64,000 nucleotides of DNA from Clostridia bacterium (GTDB lineage: Bacteria > Bacillota > Clostridia > Oscillospirales > UBA644), in the NCBI GenBank assembly GCA_017623475.1, contig JAGAPC010000004.1, positions 30 to 64,029 of the forward strand, in the 5' to 3' direction. This document shows, piece by piece, positions 19,081-27,901 of this stretch. A model generated the notes under the pieces. The model saw only the letters and a program-made list of their open reading frames with translations. It was not told the DNA's origin and ran no database searches. The position numbers and the translations under genes were made by a program. The first letter of the stretch is position 1. The number at the start of each line of letters is the position of its first letter.

Positions 19081-20253
19081 TCAGATACGAGCAACACCGG
19101 TTTCTTTTGCGGCTTTGATGACCGCTTCCGCAACCACCTGAGCGACGCGCTTATCCAGGGCGGGGGCGATGATGTTTTCTTCGCTCAATTCCTCGTCCGA
19201 GATCAGGGAAGCCAACGCGTAAGAGGTGGCAACCTTCATTTCCTCGTTGATGCAGGAGGCTCTGCAGTCCAAAGCGCCGCGGAAAATTCCGGGGAAAGCA
19301 AGGACGTTATTGATCTGGTTGGGGAAGTCGGAACGGCCCGTACCTACGACTCTTGCCCCTGCGGCCTTTGCCTTGTCGGGCATAATTTCCGGAGTGGGGT
19401 TTGCCATGGGGAAGACGATGGCGTCTTTTGCCATGGATTGAACCATCTCTTCGCTGACGATGTTCGGTGCGGAAACGCCGATAAATACGTCCGCGCCCTT
19501 CATCGCATCTGCCAAATTACCCATCTGATGTTCCAGGTTGGTAATTTCTGCAATCTCAGCGTGGGCGGCATTCAGCTCGGGCATTCCTTTGCAGATAATA
19601 CCGAAGCGATCTACCATCGTCAAGTGCTTCACACCCATATTTAACAAGTGTTTTCCGATGGCAATTCCCGCAGAGCCGGCGCCGTTGATGACAACCTTCA
19701 CGTCGTCGATATTTTTCTTAACGACACGCAGAGCGTTCAGCAACGCCGCGGCAACGACGATGGCAGTTCCGTGCTGGTCGTCATGAAAAACGGGGATATC
19801 GCACATTTCTTTCAATTTCTTTTCAACCTCAAAGCAACGGGGTGCGCCGATATCTTCCAGGTTGATTCCGCCGAAAGAGCCGGAAATCAGATAAATCGTA
19901 CGCGCCAACTCATCAACGTCCTTCGATTTGATGCAGATGGGGAAGGCGTCAACGTCGGCAAAGGTCTTGAACAAGGCACATTTACCTTCCATAACGGGCA
20001 TGCCGGCTTCGGGGCCGATGTCACCGAGTCCGAGAATAGCAGTACCGTCGGTAATAACGGCAACGAGATTGTTACGGCGAGTAAGATCGTAAGATTTGTT
20101 TACGTCCTTGTTGATTTCAAGGCACGCTTCCGCAACGCCGGGGGTATAAGCAAGGGACAGATCGTGGCGGTCGTTGATCTCGCAACGGGAGATAACTTCG
20201 ATTTTTCCGTTCCATTCGTAGTGTTTTTTCAGGGATTCTTCTCTGATATCCAT
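19081..20253 (-). CDS. NAD(P)-dependent malic enzyme (short form)
   Basis: 390 aa with LAYTPGVA, VITDGTAILGLGD and the GAGSAGIA dinucleotide-binding motif. Confidence 0.9.
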   Translation of the reverse strand: MDIREESLKKHYEWNGKIEVISRCEINDRHDLSLAYTPGVAEACLEINKDVNKSYDLTRRNNLVAVITDGTAILGLGDIGPEAGMPVMEGKCALFKTFADVDAFPICIKSKDVDELARTIYLISGSFGGINLEDIGAPRCFEVEKKLKEMCDIPVFHDDQHGTAIVVAAALLNALRVVKKNIDDVKVVINGAGSAGIAIGKHLLNMGVKHLTMVDRFGIICKGMPELNAAHAEIAEITNLEHQMGNLADAMKGADVFIGVSAPNIVSEEMVQSMAKDAIVFPMANPTPEIMPDKAKAAGARVVGTGRSDFPNQINNVLAFPGIFRGALDCRASCINEEMKVATSYALASLISDEELSEENIIAPALDKRVAQVVAEAVIKAAKETGVARI

Positions 20254-20294
20254 GATAAATGATTCCTCTTTTTTTAATTTATTTTAAGAAAAGC

Positions 20295-20318
20295 TCGGGC
20301 GACCCGAAAGCCGCCCGA
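20295..20318 (-). terminator. Hairpin after the Ldh_2 gene
   Basis: 7-bp stem TCGGGCG / CGCCCGA with a 10-nt loop. The minus-strand tail is GCTTTTCTT. Confidence 0.5.
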
Positions 20319-20330
20319 TCCTTGCACTTA

Positions 20331-21446
20331 TTAGTCTTCGAAGGGGAATTTGTATTGAGTCAGACCCAATTCGTCGCGGACGGCAATCATTTCCTTCTGA
20401 ACTGCAGGGTTGATCTTTACGCCGGTAGTTTTACGTTCACACCAGGTGTCGTATTCTTTTTCACCTGCGGTGTAAATACGATCACATCCGGGAGCCTTCT
20501 GAGAATTACGAAGATCACGCAGAATTTGTCCGGCGGTCTTCTTGAAGGATTCCAAGCCCATGAATGCTTCGGGGTCGATGGCGATAAACCAGTGACCCAG
20601 GTGGAAAGGAATCTTTTCACCGTTTGCACCGATGCCGGAAAGAGCCTTCAGGAAGTTACCCTGCTGCAGGGCTGCGGAGAGAATTTCAACGACGGTAGCA
20701 TAGCCGTAACCCTTGTATCCGGCAAGCTCTTCACCGATACCACCCAAAGGAGCCAAAGCGGCTTGTTCGGTGTTCAGCTCGGTCAGAATTGCAACGGAGT
20801 CGGTGTGAGCAAGACCGTCACGGCCGACGACCATGCCTGCGGGCGTATCCTTGCCGACGCGCGCATAGTATTCGATCTTACCGCGCTGGGTAATGGAGGT
20901 TGCGCAGTCGATTACGAAGGGGAATGCTTCGTCGGTGGGGAAGCCGACGGTCAGGGGGTTGGTGCCCAGCATATTTTCCACACCGAAGGTGGGGGCGATG
21001 GAAGGACGTGCGTTGGTACCGGTCATACCGATGCAGCCGGCCTTGGTAGCCATCGTAACGTAGTAACCGGCGATTCCGTAGTGGCAGGAATTACGGACGG
21101 CAACCATACCGATACCGTATTTCTTTGCTTTCTGAATTGCCATATCCATAGCCTTGAAGCCGATAACTTGTCCCATGCCGTCGTGGCCGTCAACTACTGC
21201 AGTTGCAGCAAAATCCTTGACGATTTCAAAATTGGTAACGGGATTTTGGATTCCGGCTTTAATGCGGTCCAAGTAGATGGGCTTGAAGCGGTTAACACCG
21301 TGAGATTCAATGCCTCTCTTGTCAGATTCAAGCAAAACGTCAGCGCAAACGACGGCGTCTGCCTTGGGGATTCCGTAGCCGACGAAAGAATCAATTACAA
21401 AGTTGGTAATTGTTTTCCAATCGACGTAGTTTCTAGATTCATCCAT
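20331..21446 (-). CDS. Ldh_2-family oxidoreductase (malate/L-lactate/sulfolactate dehydrogenase type 2)
   Basis: 371 aa with blocks GVNRF, VDGHDGMGQV and VAVRNSCHYGIAGYY characteristic of the type-2 Mdh/Ldh family. Confidence 0.8.
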   Translation of the reverse strand: MDESRNYVDWKTITNFVIDSFVGYGIPKADAVVCADVLLESDKRGIESHGVNRFKPIYLDRIKAGIQNPVTNFEIVKDFAATAVVDGHDGMGQVIGFKAMDMAIQKAKKYGIGMVAVRNSCHYGIAGYYVTMATKAGCIGMTGTNARPSIAPTFGVENMLGTNPLTVGFPTDEAFPFVIDCATSITQRGKIEYYARVGKDTPAGMVVGRDGLAHTDSVAILTELNTEQAALAPLGGIGEELAGYKGYGYATVVEILSAALQQGNFLKALSGIGANGEKIPFHLGHWFIAIDPEAFMGLESFKKTAGQILRDLRNSQKAPGCDRIYTAGEKEYDTWCERKTTGVKINPAVQKEMIAVRDELGLTQYKFPFED

Positions 21447-21496
21447 TTTTCATTTCTCCCTTTCCACAATATATTGAATGGAATTATTTTCAATTT

Positions 21497-21525
21497 AGTA
21501 TAGCACATTTATTTTAAAATGTCAA
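21497..21525 (-). promoter_or_regulatory. Sigma-A-type promoter (TTGACA-N17-TATACT) for the Ldh_2 gene
   Basis: On the minus strand, TTGACA at 21525-21520 and TATACT at 21502-21497 with a 17-nt spacer. Confidence 0.65.
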
Positions 21526-21526
21526 T

Positions 21527-21572
21527 GTTTTTCCGAAAGATGATAAAGTTATTTTACATTTTCCGAAAAATG
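21527..21572. repeat. Two copies of TTTTCCGAAAnATG, 30 bp apart, between divergent promoters
   Basis: gTTTTTCCGAAAgATG at 21527-21542 and caTTTTCCGAAAaATG at 21557-21572. Confidence 0.6.
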
Positions 21573-21613
21573 TAGCGGTATGTTACTTTTTCTTTAAAAT
21601 CTTTGACGAATTC

Positions 21614-21642
21614 TTGACTTTTTTCGCCCCGTTTGTTATAAT
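21614..21642 (+). promoter_or_regulatory. Sigma-A-type promoter (TTGACT-N17-TGtTATAAT) for the MFS transporter
   Basis: TTGACT at 21614-21619 and TATAAT at 21637-21642 with a 17-nt spacer and an extended -10 TG. Confidence 0.7.
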
Positions 21643-21677
21643 TTTGTTAGGATCGACTCGGAGGATAAAATAATAAG

Positions 21678-22922
21678 GTGAAAAAAGATAAATTTACGCA
21701 AGATCAAAAGATGATTATCGCATTGAGTATGATTGCATACTCCGTACTCTATTTTATGAGATTGAATATCTCCCTTTCTTTTTCCGGAATGGAGCGTTCG
21801 TTTCAGGTTACGCCGGAAGAGCTGGGGATCGTTTCCTCCGCCTTTTTTTGGTGTTATGCCTTTGGACAGTTGATTTTTGGATTTTTGGGAGACCGTCTTC
21901 CTGCCCGATATATGGTTTTTATCGGTTTGATGGGATCGGGAATTTTAAATTTAGCAATCGGTCAGGCGCAAAGCTTTGTTCCAATCATATTTCTTTGGGC
22001 GTTCAACGGTATTTTTCAATCCATGCTTTGGTCACCCATCGTCAAATGCGTGGCAAAATATTTTGACGGAAGCAAAAAGGTCGTAGCGTCGTTTCTGTTG
22101 TCAATTACGCAGGTCATCGGATATATGCTCGCCTGGGTCGGCTCGTATTTTTTGGATCAATTTGCCGGTTGGCGGTTCGTATTTATCGTTCCCGCTGTGG
22201 CCGGAATCGTTTTTTCTCTCGTCTGGCTCGTCCTGTTTCGGTATCAATCGACGGGAAGCGTTGAAAAAAGAACGAAGGGTACTTCCTTGATCCGCCAGCC
22301 GATCCTGCTGGGATTCTTGGGCGTGATTGCGTTGTTTTCCATTCTTTTCGGGCTTGTGAAATCCAGCATTGATACCTGGATGCCGACGATGATCAGCGAC
22401 GTGGGGAATCTTCCGGAAGAGGGTATCGTGGTCACGTTACTGCTGATTCCATTGGTCAATTTCTTCGGAATTATGCTTGCGAAGATTATGGTAAAACGTT
22501 TGCAGGGCGATATCTATAAATCGATCCTGTTTATCTGGGGCGGCGCTTTGATCGTCAGCCTTATTTCGCTGATTTTCTTCCGGGTTAACCCCATCGTATT
22601 CGTAATTATTATCGCCGTTTTGTTCGGATTCGTTTACGGTCAAACGCCGTTGTTTACATCCTTTATTCCCCTGGATTTCGTTAAATGGGATTGCGTTTCC
22701 ACGGTGACCGGCTTCGTGGATTTTGCCATTTACGTCGGCGCGGGAATTACCGGGATGGTCAGCGGCTTGATTCTCGGAGACGGGAATACGAAGAATTGGT
22801 CGGCATTAAGTATTTATTGGTTTATTTTATTGGCAATCGGTATGGTATTTGCAATTTTCACGTATTATTGGCATCGCAGATTAAGAAAAAAGATCAATCA
22901 GGAGGAATCAGAATGGGATTAA
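21678..22922 (+). CDS. MFS transporter (organophosphate/organic-anion antiporter-like)
   Basis: 414 aa with 12 predicted TM helices and an N-terminal pattern resembling GlpT/UhpC-type MFS. The start is GTG, so its position is uncertain. Confidence 0.75.
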   Translation: MKKDKFTQDQKMIIALSMIAYSVLYFMRLNISLSFSGMERSFQVTPEELGIVSSAFFWCYAFGQLIFGFLGDRLPARYMVFIGLMGSGILNLAIGQAQSFVPIIFLWAFNGIFQSMLWSPIVKCVAKYFDGSKKVVASFLLSITQVIGYMLAWVGSYFLDQFAGWRFVFIVPAVAGIVFSLVWLVLFRYQSTGSVEKRTKGTSLIRQPILLGFLGVIALFSILFGLVKSSIDTWMPTMISDVGNLPEEGIVVTLLLIPLVNFFGIMLAKIMVKRLQGDIYKSILFIWGGALIVSLISLIFFRVNPIVFVIIIAVLFGFVYGQTPLFTSFIPLDFVKWDCVSTVTGFVDFAIYVGAGITGMVSGLILGDGNTKNWSALSIYWFILLAIGMVFAIFTYYWHRRLRKKINQEESEWD

Positions 22923-23485
22923 AAGAAACCTTTGAACGACGTGGATTTCGCTTCGTTGAATTTCAGAGCAAGGAAGAAGCCGTAGCGTTTTTGTGTGCGG
23001 AATGTGCTGAAAAAACCGTCTCCTTCGGCGGCTCCGTTACGGTTCAGGAGTTGAATTTATACGAAGAGCTTCAAAAAAAATCCGAATGCTCCTGGCATTG
23101 GAAAAAGGATCCTGCACAATCGATTTCCAACGCTGACGTTTTTATTACCTCCGCAAACGCGGTTTCCGAAACGGGAGAGATCGTAAATATCGACGGTCAT
23201 TGCAATCGCGTTTCCGCTTCCATTTACGGTCACAAGCAGGTTTACTTTGTTTTCGGCGAAAACAAATTGACTGCTGATCTTCCGGAGGCTTGGAATCGGG
23301 CAAGAAACGTAGCCGCACCGAAAAACGCAAAGCGTCTCAACCGCAAGACGCCCTGCGCCATCGATGGGGTTTGCCACGATTGTCAAAGTCCGGAATGTAT
23401 CTGCTCCGCAATCGCAATTCTTCGCCGTAAGCCGTCCTCCTGTGATGCAACCCTCGTTCTGATTCGGGAGTCCCTGGGGTATTAA
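22913..23485 (+). CDS. LUD-domain (LutC-like lactate-utilisation) protein
   Basis: 190 aa from the ATG at 22913, overlapping the MFS end by 10 nt. It has ITSANAVSETGEIVN and a C-terminal Cys cluster typical of LUD/DUF162 proteins. Confidence 0.7.
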   Translation: MGLKETFERRGFRFVEFQSKEEAVAFLCAECAEKTVSFGGSVTVQELNLYEELQKKSECSWHWKKDPAQSISNADVFITSANAVSETGEIVNIDGHCNRVSASIYGHKQVYFVFGENKLTADLPEAWNRARNVAAPKNAKRLNRKTPCAIDGVCHDCQSPECICSAIAILRRKPSSCDATLVLIRESLGY

Positions 23486-24216
23486 AGTAATTTTTCTTCG
23501 AAGCCGGAAGAAAAACTGCCGCGATACGGTGCGGTTTCCGTCGGTTTTCGTTCTTTGACCCAACCGTTCAGGTGTTCAAACGGGATCTCAAAGGATACGA
23601 TTCCCGCGTGATACGGCGCCAAGGTGTACAACGGATAAAAAATGACGATGGAACGATTCGTCAAGTAATAATTTTTTTCATCAAAATATTGTTTCGCCTT
23701 ACGGAGGGGATTTTCAAAAAAGGAAATCTCCTCTTTTTCTTTCAATACCTCGATTTGTTTGAGTATGCAATTTAAAATTTGTTTTCGATAAGGGATATTC
23801 TCGTAAAAGAAATAGGAAAGAGGAACTTGCGATCCAGTGGATAAATCCCACGTATTTCCGATGCGAACGGTCATTCCGTGGGTTCCTCCGAAATATTGAT
23901 ATTGATCCAAGGCAATAGAACAATACCGTGGGTCAAGGCGCGTTACGAAGAAGGAGCGAATCAGCGAATGGAGGGTAAAGCCGTATTCTTCCTCGTCGGC
24001 AATCCTGGATTCTTCGGAAGCGTTGTGATAGAATTCCGTCCGCGCCCGCCGGTTTAAATTCCGCGCTTGATTGCAGTAAAATCCGTTAAACCGAAATTCA
24101 CTTCGTTTCGGTAACGGACCTATGATTTGCGGATAACATATTTTCAGCTCCAAAACCGGCGTTTCGTTTCGATACAGCAGCGTCTCGATCGTTTCGCCAC
24201 TCATACTTAATTGCAT
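23482..24216 (-). CDS. DUF3298/DUF4163-type (PdaC/RsiV C-terminal-like) protein
   Basis: 244 aa. The block YFGGTHGMT...WDLSTG..L matches the GGAHG...D..TG signature remembered for this family. Confidence 0.55.
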   Translation of the reverse strand: MQLSMSGETIETLLYRNETPVLELKICYPQIIGPLPKRSEFRFNGFYCNQARNLNRRARTEFYHNASEESRIADEEEYGFTLHSLIRSFFVTRLDPRYCSIALDQYQYFGGTHGMTVRIGNTWDLSTGSQVPLSYFFYENIPYRKQILNCILKQIEVLKEKEEISFFENPLRKAKQYFDEKNYYLTNRSIVIFYPLYTLAPYHAGIVSFEIPFEHLNGWVKERKPTETAPYRGSFSSGFEEKLL

Positions 24217-24293
24217 AATATCAGCCTCCTGCGTTTCGTTGTTGAATCTTTAGGTATATCTGCGAAGAAAATCTTACAATTCTATGAAAACTC

Positions 24294-24322
24294 TTGCAAT
24301 CCGTAAGGAAATCTGTTATAAT
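24294..24322 (+). promoter_or_regulatory. Sigma-A-type promoter (TTGCAA-N17-TGtTATAAT)
   Basis: TTGCAA at 24294-24299 and TATAAT at 24317-24322, upstream of the PPIase gene. Confidence 0.65.
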
Positions 24323-24363
24323 GCTAAATATAATCTATAATCCAAAGAAAAGGATGTATCGTT

Positions 24364-25839
24364 ATGGCTAAAAACACCCAAACCAAAAATGCGGATACGC
24401 TCTGGTCTCCGCTGGTAAAAATCGTTGCACTCGTTTGTGCAATCGTTCTGTTGGCGGCGATTGCTCTTGCAGTAGTTGCTAAGACCGGCTATTTCCGCCG
24501 GAACACCGTCGTGATGAACGTAGGGAATACGGAAATCAACGCCCTTGAGTACAACTACGCTTATTACGGAGCGCTCAACGATTTTTATTCTCAATATTAT
24601 TACTATGCAAGCATGATCGGTTTTGATCTTTCCACCTCGCTGAAAAGTCAACAATGCTACTTTGATTCTACCAAATCCTGGTACGACTACTTTGTTGATC
24701 AGGCAAAATCCCAGCTGGAAGAACAGTATCTCATCTACAACAAAGCAGTCGAAGACGGCTTTACGATGACGGAGGAATCTGCAAAATCCCTCGAAACCTC
24801 CCTGCAGGAGTTGGAATCCGCCGCAAAGGAAGCAGACACCAGCATCAATAAATACCTGCAGTCGATTTACGGTCCCAACATCACCTACGATGAATATAAG
24901 GAATTTATTTCCCGTCGGATGTTGATTGCAGACTATTACGAGCACTATATGGATAGTCTGGAATACGCCGATGAAAAAATCGAAGAATATTATTCCGAGA
25001 ATAAGAAGGATTACGACGTAGTTAAATACTATACCTACACGGCAAAGGCTGATACTGAAAATAACAAAACGGCGCAGGACGTTGCAGACGGAATTAAGTC
25101 CGCTTCTACCGACGTTCAAACCTATTTGGATGCCTTGAAGGCTATCGTCGGGGAAGACACCTTCAAAGAAGAGACTTATCTGAAGGAAGGCGCTACCTAC
25201 ACCAAGGACGACGAAACGTCCGAATGGCTGTTCAACGACGAGCGTAAAGCAGGCGACGTAACGGTAATTAAGAAGGCTGCTACCTCTTCTTCGTCCACGG
25301 ACACCTATACGGTTATTTGCTTTGTGGAACGGGGTCGTGAGACCTACAATCTTGCCACGATGCGCCACATCCTTTTCTCCGTGGAAGATTTGACCGATGA
25401 CGATGGAAACGTCATTGAAGATGAAGAAGGAAATGCAAAAACCAACGACGCCGAACAGAAAGCCGAAGCTGAAAAGATTCTGAAGGAATGGAAGGACGGC
25501 GCCGCTACTGCCGAATCCTTCGCCGCATTGGTAAAAGACAATTCCGATGATACGGGCAGCGTGGAAGACGGCGGTCTGTATGAAGATTTCGACAAAAACA
25601 CCATGGTCGATGAAATTACCGATTGGATTTGGGCGGAAGGTCGTAAGGCTGGCGATTGCGAAATCGTAAAAACCGATTACGGCTACCACATCGTTTACTT
25701 CGTGGAATACGGCGATGAAAAGTGGAATTCCGATATCGTCAACACCTTAAAGTCTGAGGATTACGAAGAACTCCTCAAAACTCTTGAAGAAAAATATCCG
25801 GTTAACTTCAACGAAAAAGGCTTGTCTCAAGTCGGTTAA
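24364..25839 (+). CDS. Membrane-anchored parvulin-type peptidyl-prolyl isomerase (PrsA/SurA-like)
   Basis: 491 aa with an N-terminal TM anchor, a SurA_N-like region and a C-terminal parvulin block MRHILF...GGLYEDF...TDYGYHIVYF. Confidence 0.8.
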   Translation: MAKNTQTKNADTLWSPLVKIVALVCAIVLLAAIALAVVAKTGYFRRNTVVMNVGNTEINALEYNYAYYGALNDFYSQYYYYASMIGFDLSTSLKSQQCYFDSTKSWYDYFVDQAKSQLEEQYLIYNKAVEDGFTMTEESAKSLETSLQELESAAKEADTSINKYLQSIYGPNITYDEYKEFISRRMLIADYYEHYMDSLEYADEKIEEYYSENKKDYDVVKYYTYTAKADTENNKTAQDVADGIKSASTDVQTYLDALKAIVGEDTFKEETYLKEGATYTKDDETSEWLFNDERKAGDVTVIKKAATSSSSTDTYTVICFVERGRETYNLATMRHILFSVEDLTDDDGNVIEDEEGNAKTNDAEQKAEAEKILKEWKDGAATAESFAALVKDNSDDTGSVEDGGLYEDFDKNTMVDEITDWIWAEGRKAGDCEIVKTDYGYHIVYFVEYGDEKWNSDIVNTLKSEDYEELLKTLEEKYPVNFNEKGLSQVG

Positions 25840-25850
25840 TTGTTACAAGT

Positions 25851-25879
25851 GCGGGCAGCAGCCGTTGCTGCCCGCTTTT
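25851..25879 (+). terminator. Rho-independent terminator
   Basis: Stem GCGGGCAGCA / TGCTGCCCGC with a 5-nt loop, followed by TTTT. Confidence 0.85.
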
Positions 25880-25906
25880 CCTATTTGATTTTAGGTGGGA
25901 CACGAT

Positions 25907-26812
25907 ATGGATTTACGTCATTGTACCTTATGTCCGAGACGATGCGGAGCAGACCGAACGTCATCCTTCGGGATGTGCGGTGCAGGAGAGTATATCCGGA
26001 TCGCTCGCGCCGCCTTGCATTTCGGAGAAGAGCCCTGCATTACCGGAAAGAACGGTTCCGGCACAGTCTTTTTCAGCGGTTGTGCCCTTGGTTGTAAATT
26101 TTGTCAGAACGATTCTATCAGTCAAAAACGATTCGGGGAAGATATTACGGAGAAGCGCCTTTCGGAAATATTTTTAGAGCTTCAGGATCAAGGGGCGGAA
26201 AATATCAATTTGGTAACCCCCTCCCACTATGCGCCGATGGTTGCAAATGCGTTAAAAACGGTAAAATCAGAACTTAAAATTCCGGTAGTATGTAATTGCG
26301 GTGGCTATGAATCTCCGGAGATCTTACGGTATTTTGACGGACTCGTAGATGTGTATCTTCCTGATTTAAAGTATTATTCCTCGGAACTGTCGAAACGGTA
26401 TTCCAATGCCAAAGATTATTTCGAAATCGCATCTTCCGCATTACGTGAGATGTTTCGTCAGACCGGTGCGTGTGTTTTTTCTTCGGAAGGAATGTTGCAA
26501 AAAGGTCTGTTGATCCGTCATTTGGTTTTGCCGGGGGCAAAAGAGGATTCCAAAAAACTGCTTCGTTGGATTTCCGAAAATTTCCCTGCAGAATCAATTC
26601 GTGTCAGTTTGATGCGGCAATATACTCCCCGGGGAGATCTGACATCCTGTCCGGAAATAAATCGGAAATTGCTGTCTGCGGAGTATTCCTCCGTGCTTCG
26701 TTACGCGGACGAATTAGGAATCAGGGGATATACGCAGGGGAGAGGCTGCGACAATTTTTCCATGACGCCGATCTTTGATTTGACCGGTGTTTTACCGAAA
26801 AGGAGTTTGTGA
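25907..26812 (+). CDS. Radical SAM protein, PflX-like (pyruvate formate-lyase activase homologue)
   Basis: CxxxCxxC is CALGCKFC, with an N-terminal Cys cluster CTLCPRRCG...MCG. The ATG at 25907 lies 7 nt after AGGTGG. Confidence 0.82.
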   Translation: MDLRHCTLCPRRCGADRTSSFGMCGAGEYIRIARAALHFGEEPCITGKNGSGTVFFSGCALGCKFCQNDSISQKRFGEDITEKRLSEIFLELQDQGAENINLVTPSHYAPMVANALKTVKSELKIPVVCNCGGYESPEILRYFDGLVDVYLPDLKYYSSELSKRYSNAKDYFEIASSALREMFRQTGACVFSSEGMLQKGLLIRHLVLPGAKEDSKKLLRWISENFPAESIRVSLMRQYTPRGDLTSCPEINRKLLSAEYSSVLRYADELGIRGYTQGRGCDNFSMTPIFDLTGVLPKRSL

Positions 26813-26813
26813 A

Positions 26814-27500
26814 ATGTCAGAACATATTTACACGATCGAAATCAACGAGCATTTCGGGAAGAAATGCGGTTGTCCCGTCTGTTCGTTGTATGAAATGCTC
26901 GAAAAAAATGAGATTGACACGATTACCGGCGCCGCGATGATGGAGCCTTCCATTCGAATTGAGACGAACCGCCTGGGGTTTTGCGAAAAGCATTTCAATA
27001 AAATGATAACCAACGGAAAACGGTTGCCTGTGGCGTTGATTTTGCAATCTCATTTGGAGGAAATTCGGGCGCGAATCAATTCTTCCAGACCCGACGGAAC
27101 GGAAAAGTATCTTAACAATCTCAAAAATTCCTGCTACGTCTGTTCAAAGCTTGAAGAAAAAATGAAAAATCTTTATTCCAATATCGTTTATTTATGGAAG
27201 AATGATGAAAATTTCAAAAAGCTCTTTTCGCAACAGCCTCGGTTTTGTCTGCCTCATTATCAGGCGCTTCTTGCTGCGTCGAAGGAATTGGGGAGAAAGG
27301 ATCGAGCCGCCTTTTGCGAAGCGTTGGGTAGTGTGACGGAACAATCCTTGAAGGGTTTAAGCGGAGATATTGATTGGTTCTGTAAAAAATTCGATTACCG
27401 CTTCGCAAAGGAAGATTGGAAAAACAGTAAGGATGCCATCGAACGGACGGTGGAAGCGTTGACTTCAAACTATCCGGAGAAGCATAATCACGATATTTGA
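26814..27500 (+). CDS. Cys-rich protein of unknown function (possibly DUF6062-like; unverified)
   Basis: 228 aa with CGCPVC, FCEKH, CYVC and FCLPH motifs. The ATG follows 1 nt after the radical SAM stop. Confidence 0.6.
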   Translation: MSEHIYTIEINEHFGKKCGCPVCSLYEMLEKNEIDTITGAAMMEPSIRIETNRLGFCEKHFNKMITNGKRLPVALILQSHLEEIRARINSSRPDGTEKYLNNLKNSCYVCSKLEEKMKNLYSNIVYLWKNDENFKKLFSQQPRFCLPHYQALLAASKELGRKDRAAFCEALGSVTEQSLKGLSGDIDWFCKKFDYRFAKEDWKNSKDAIERTVEALTSNYPEKHNHDI

Positions 27501-27517
27501 AATTATTATGAAAAGTA

Positions 27518-27546
27518 TTGACATTCCTTTGGGAATGGGTTATAAT
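27518..27546 (+). promoter_or_regulatory. Sigma-A consensus promoter (TTGACA-N17-TATAAT)
   Basis: TTGACA at 27518-27523 and TATAAT at 27541-27546, upstream of the carrier-protein gene. Confidence 0.75.
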
Positions 27547-27577
27547 GTTGATATAAATTCATTACGAGGTGTATTCT

Positions 27578-27850
27578 ATGTCACTTGATACCGTAAAATT
27601 GATTTTTTCCCAACGCTATGATGTTTCCGTTTCTGAATTGAGTGAATCAAGCTTGATTGCTGACGTTTGTACCGATTCTTTGGAAGTTTTGGAATTGTTA
27701 ATGTATATTGAAGAAGAATTCGCGGTTACCGTTCCCGACGAGGTTGCCCAGGAATTGAAAACCCTCGGCGATATTGCGTCCTTTATGGATCAAAACATTC
27801 CCGAAGAAACGGTTCTTGCAATTCAGAAAAAGCTTCAGGAAAATGCTTGA
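27578..27850 (+). CDS. Stand-alone acyl/peptidyl carrier protein (PP-binding)
   Basis: 90 aa with the phosphopantetheine-attachment motif DSLEVLELLMYIEEEF. GAGG lies 8 nt before the ATG at 27578. Confidence 0.75.
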   Translation: MSLDTVKLIFSQRYDVSVSELSESSLIADVCTDSLEVLELLMYIEEEFAVTVPDEVAQELKTLGDIASFMDQNIPEETVLAIQKKLQENA

Positions 27851-27856
27851 AAATTT

Positions 27857-27888
27857 CCGCCGGAATCCTTCTCCGGCGGGTTTCTTTT
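27857..27888 (+). terminator. Rho-independent terminator
   Basis: Stem CCGCCGGA / TCCGGCGG with a 7-nt loop, followed by GTTTCTTTT. Confidence 0.85.
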
Positions 27889-27901
27889 GAAAGGATATTT
27901 T

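Noticed and set aside
20259-21503. 414-aa ORF antisense to the Ldh_2 gene
   Set aside because: This is a shadow frame of a well-supported sense gene. The sequence is Gly/Val/Thr-rich and unlike any family I recognise. It would also run through the Ldh_2 promoter and terminator.
24316-25689. 457-aa ORF antisense to the PrsA-like PPIase gene
   Set aside because: The translation is low-complexity (F/V/G/I-rich), with no start context or recognisable motifs. The sense gene is rich in GAA/GAC/AAA/TAC/ACC codons, whose complements contain no stops, which explains the long open shadow frame.
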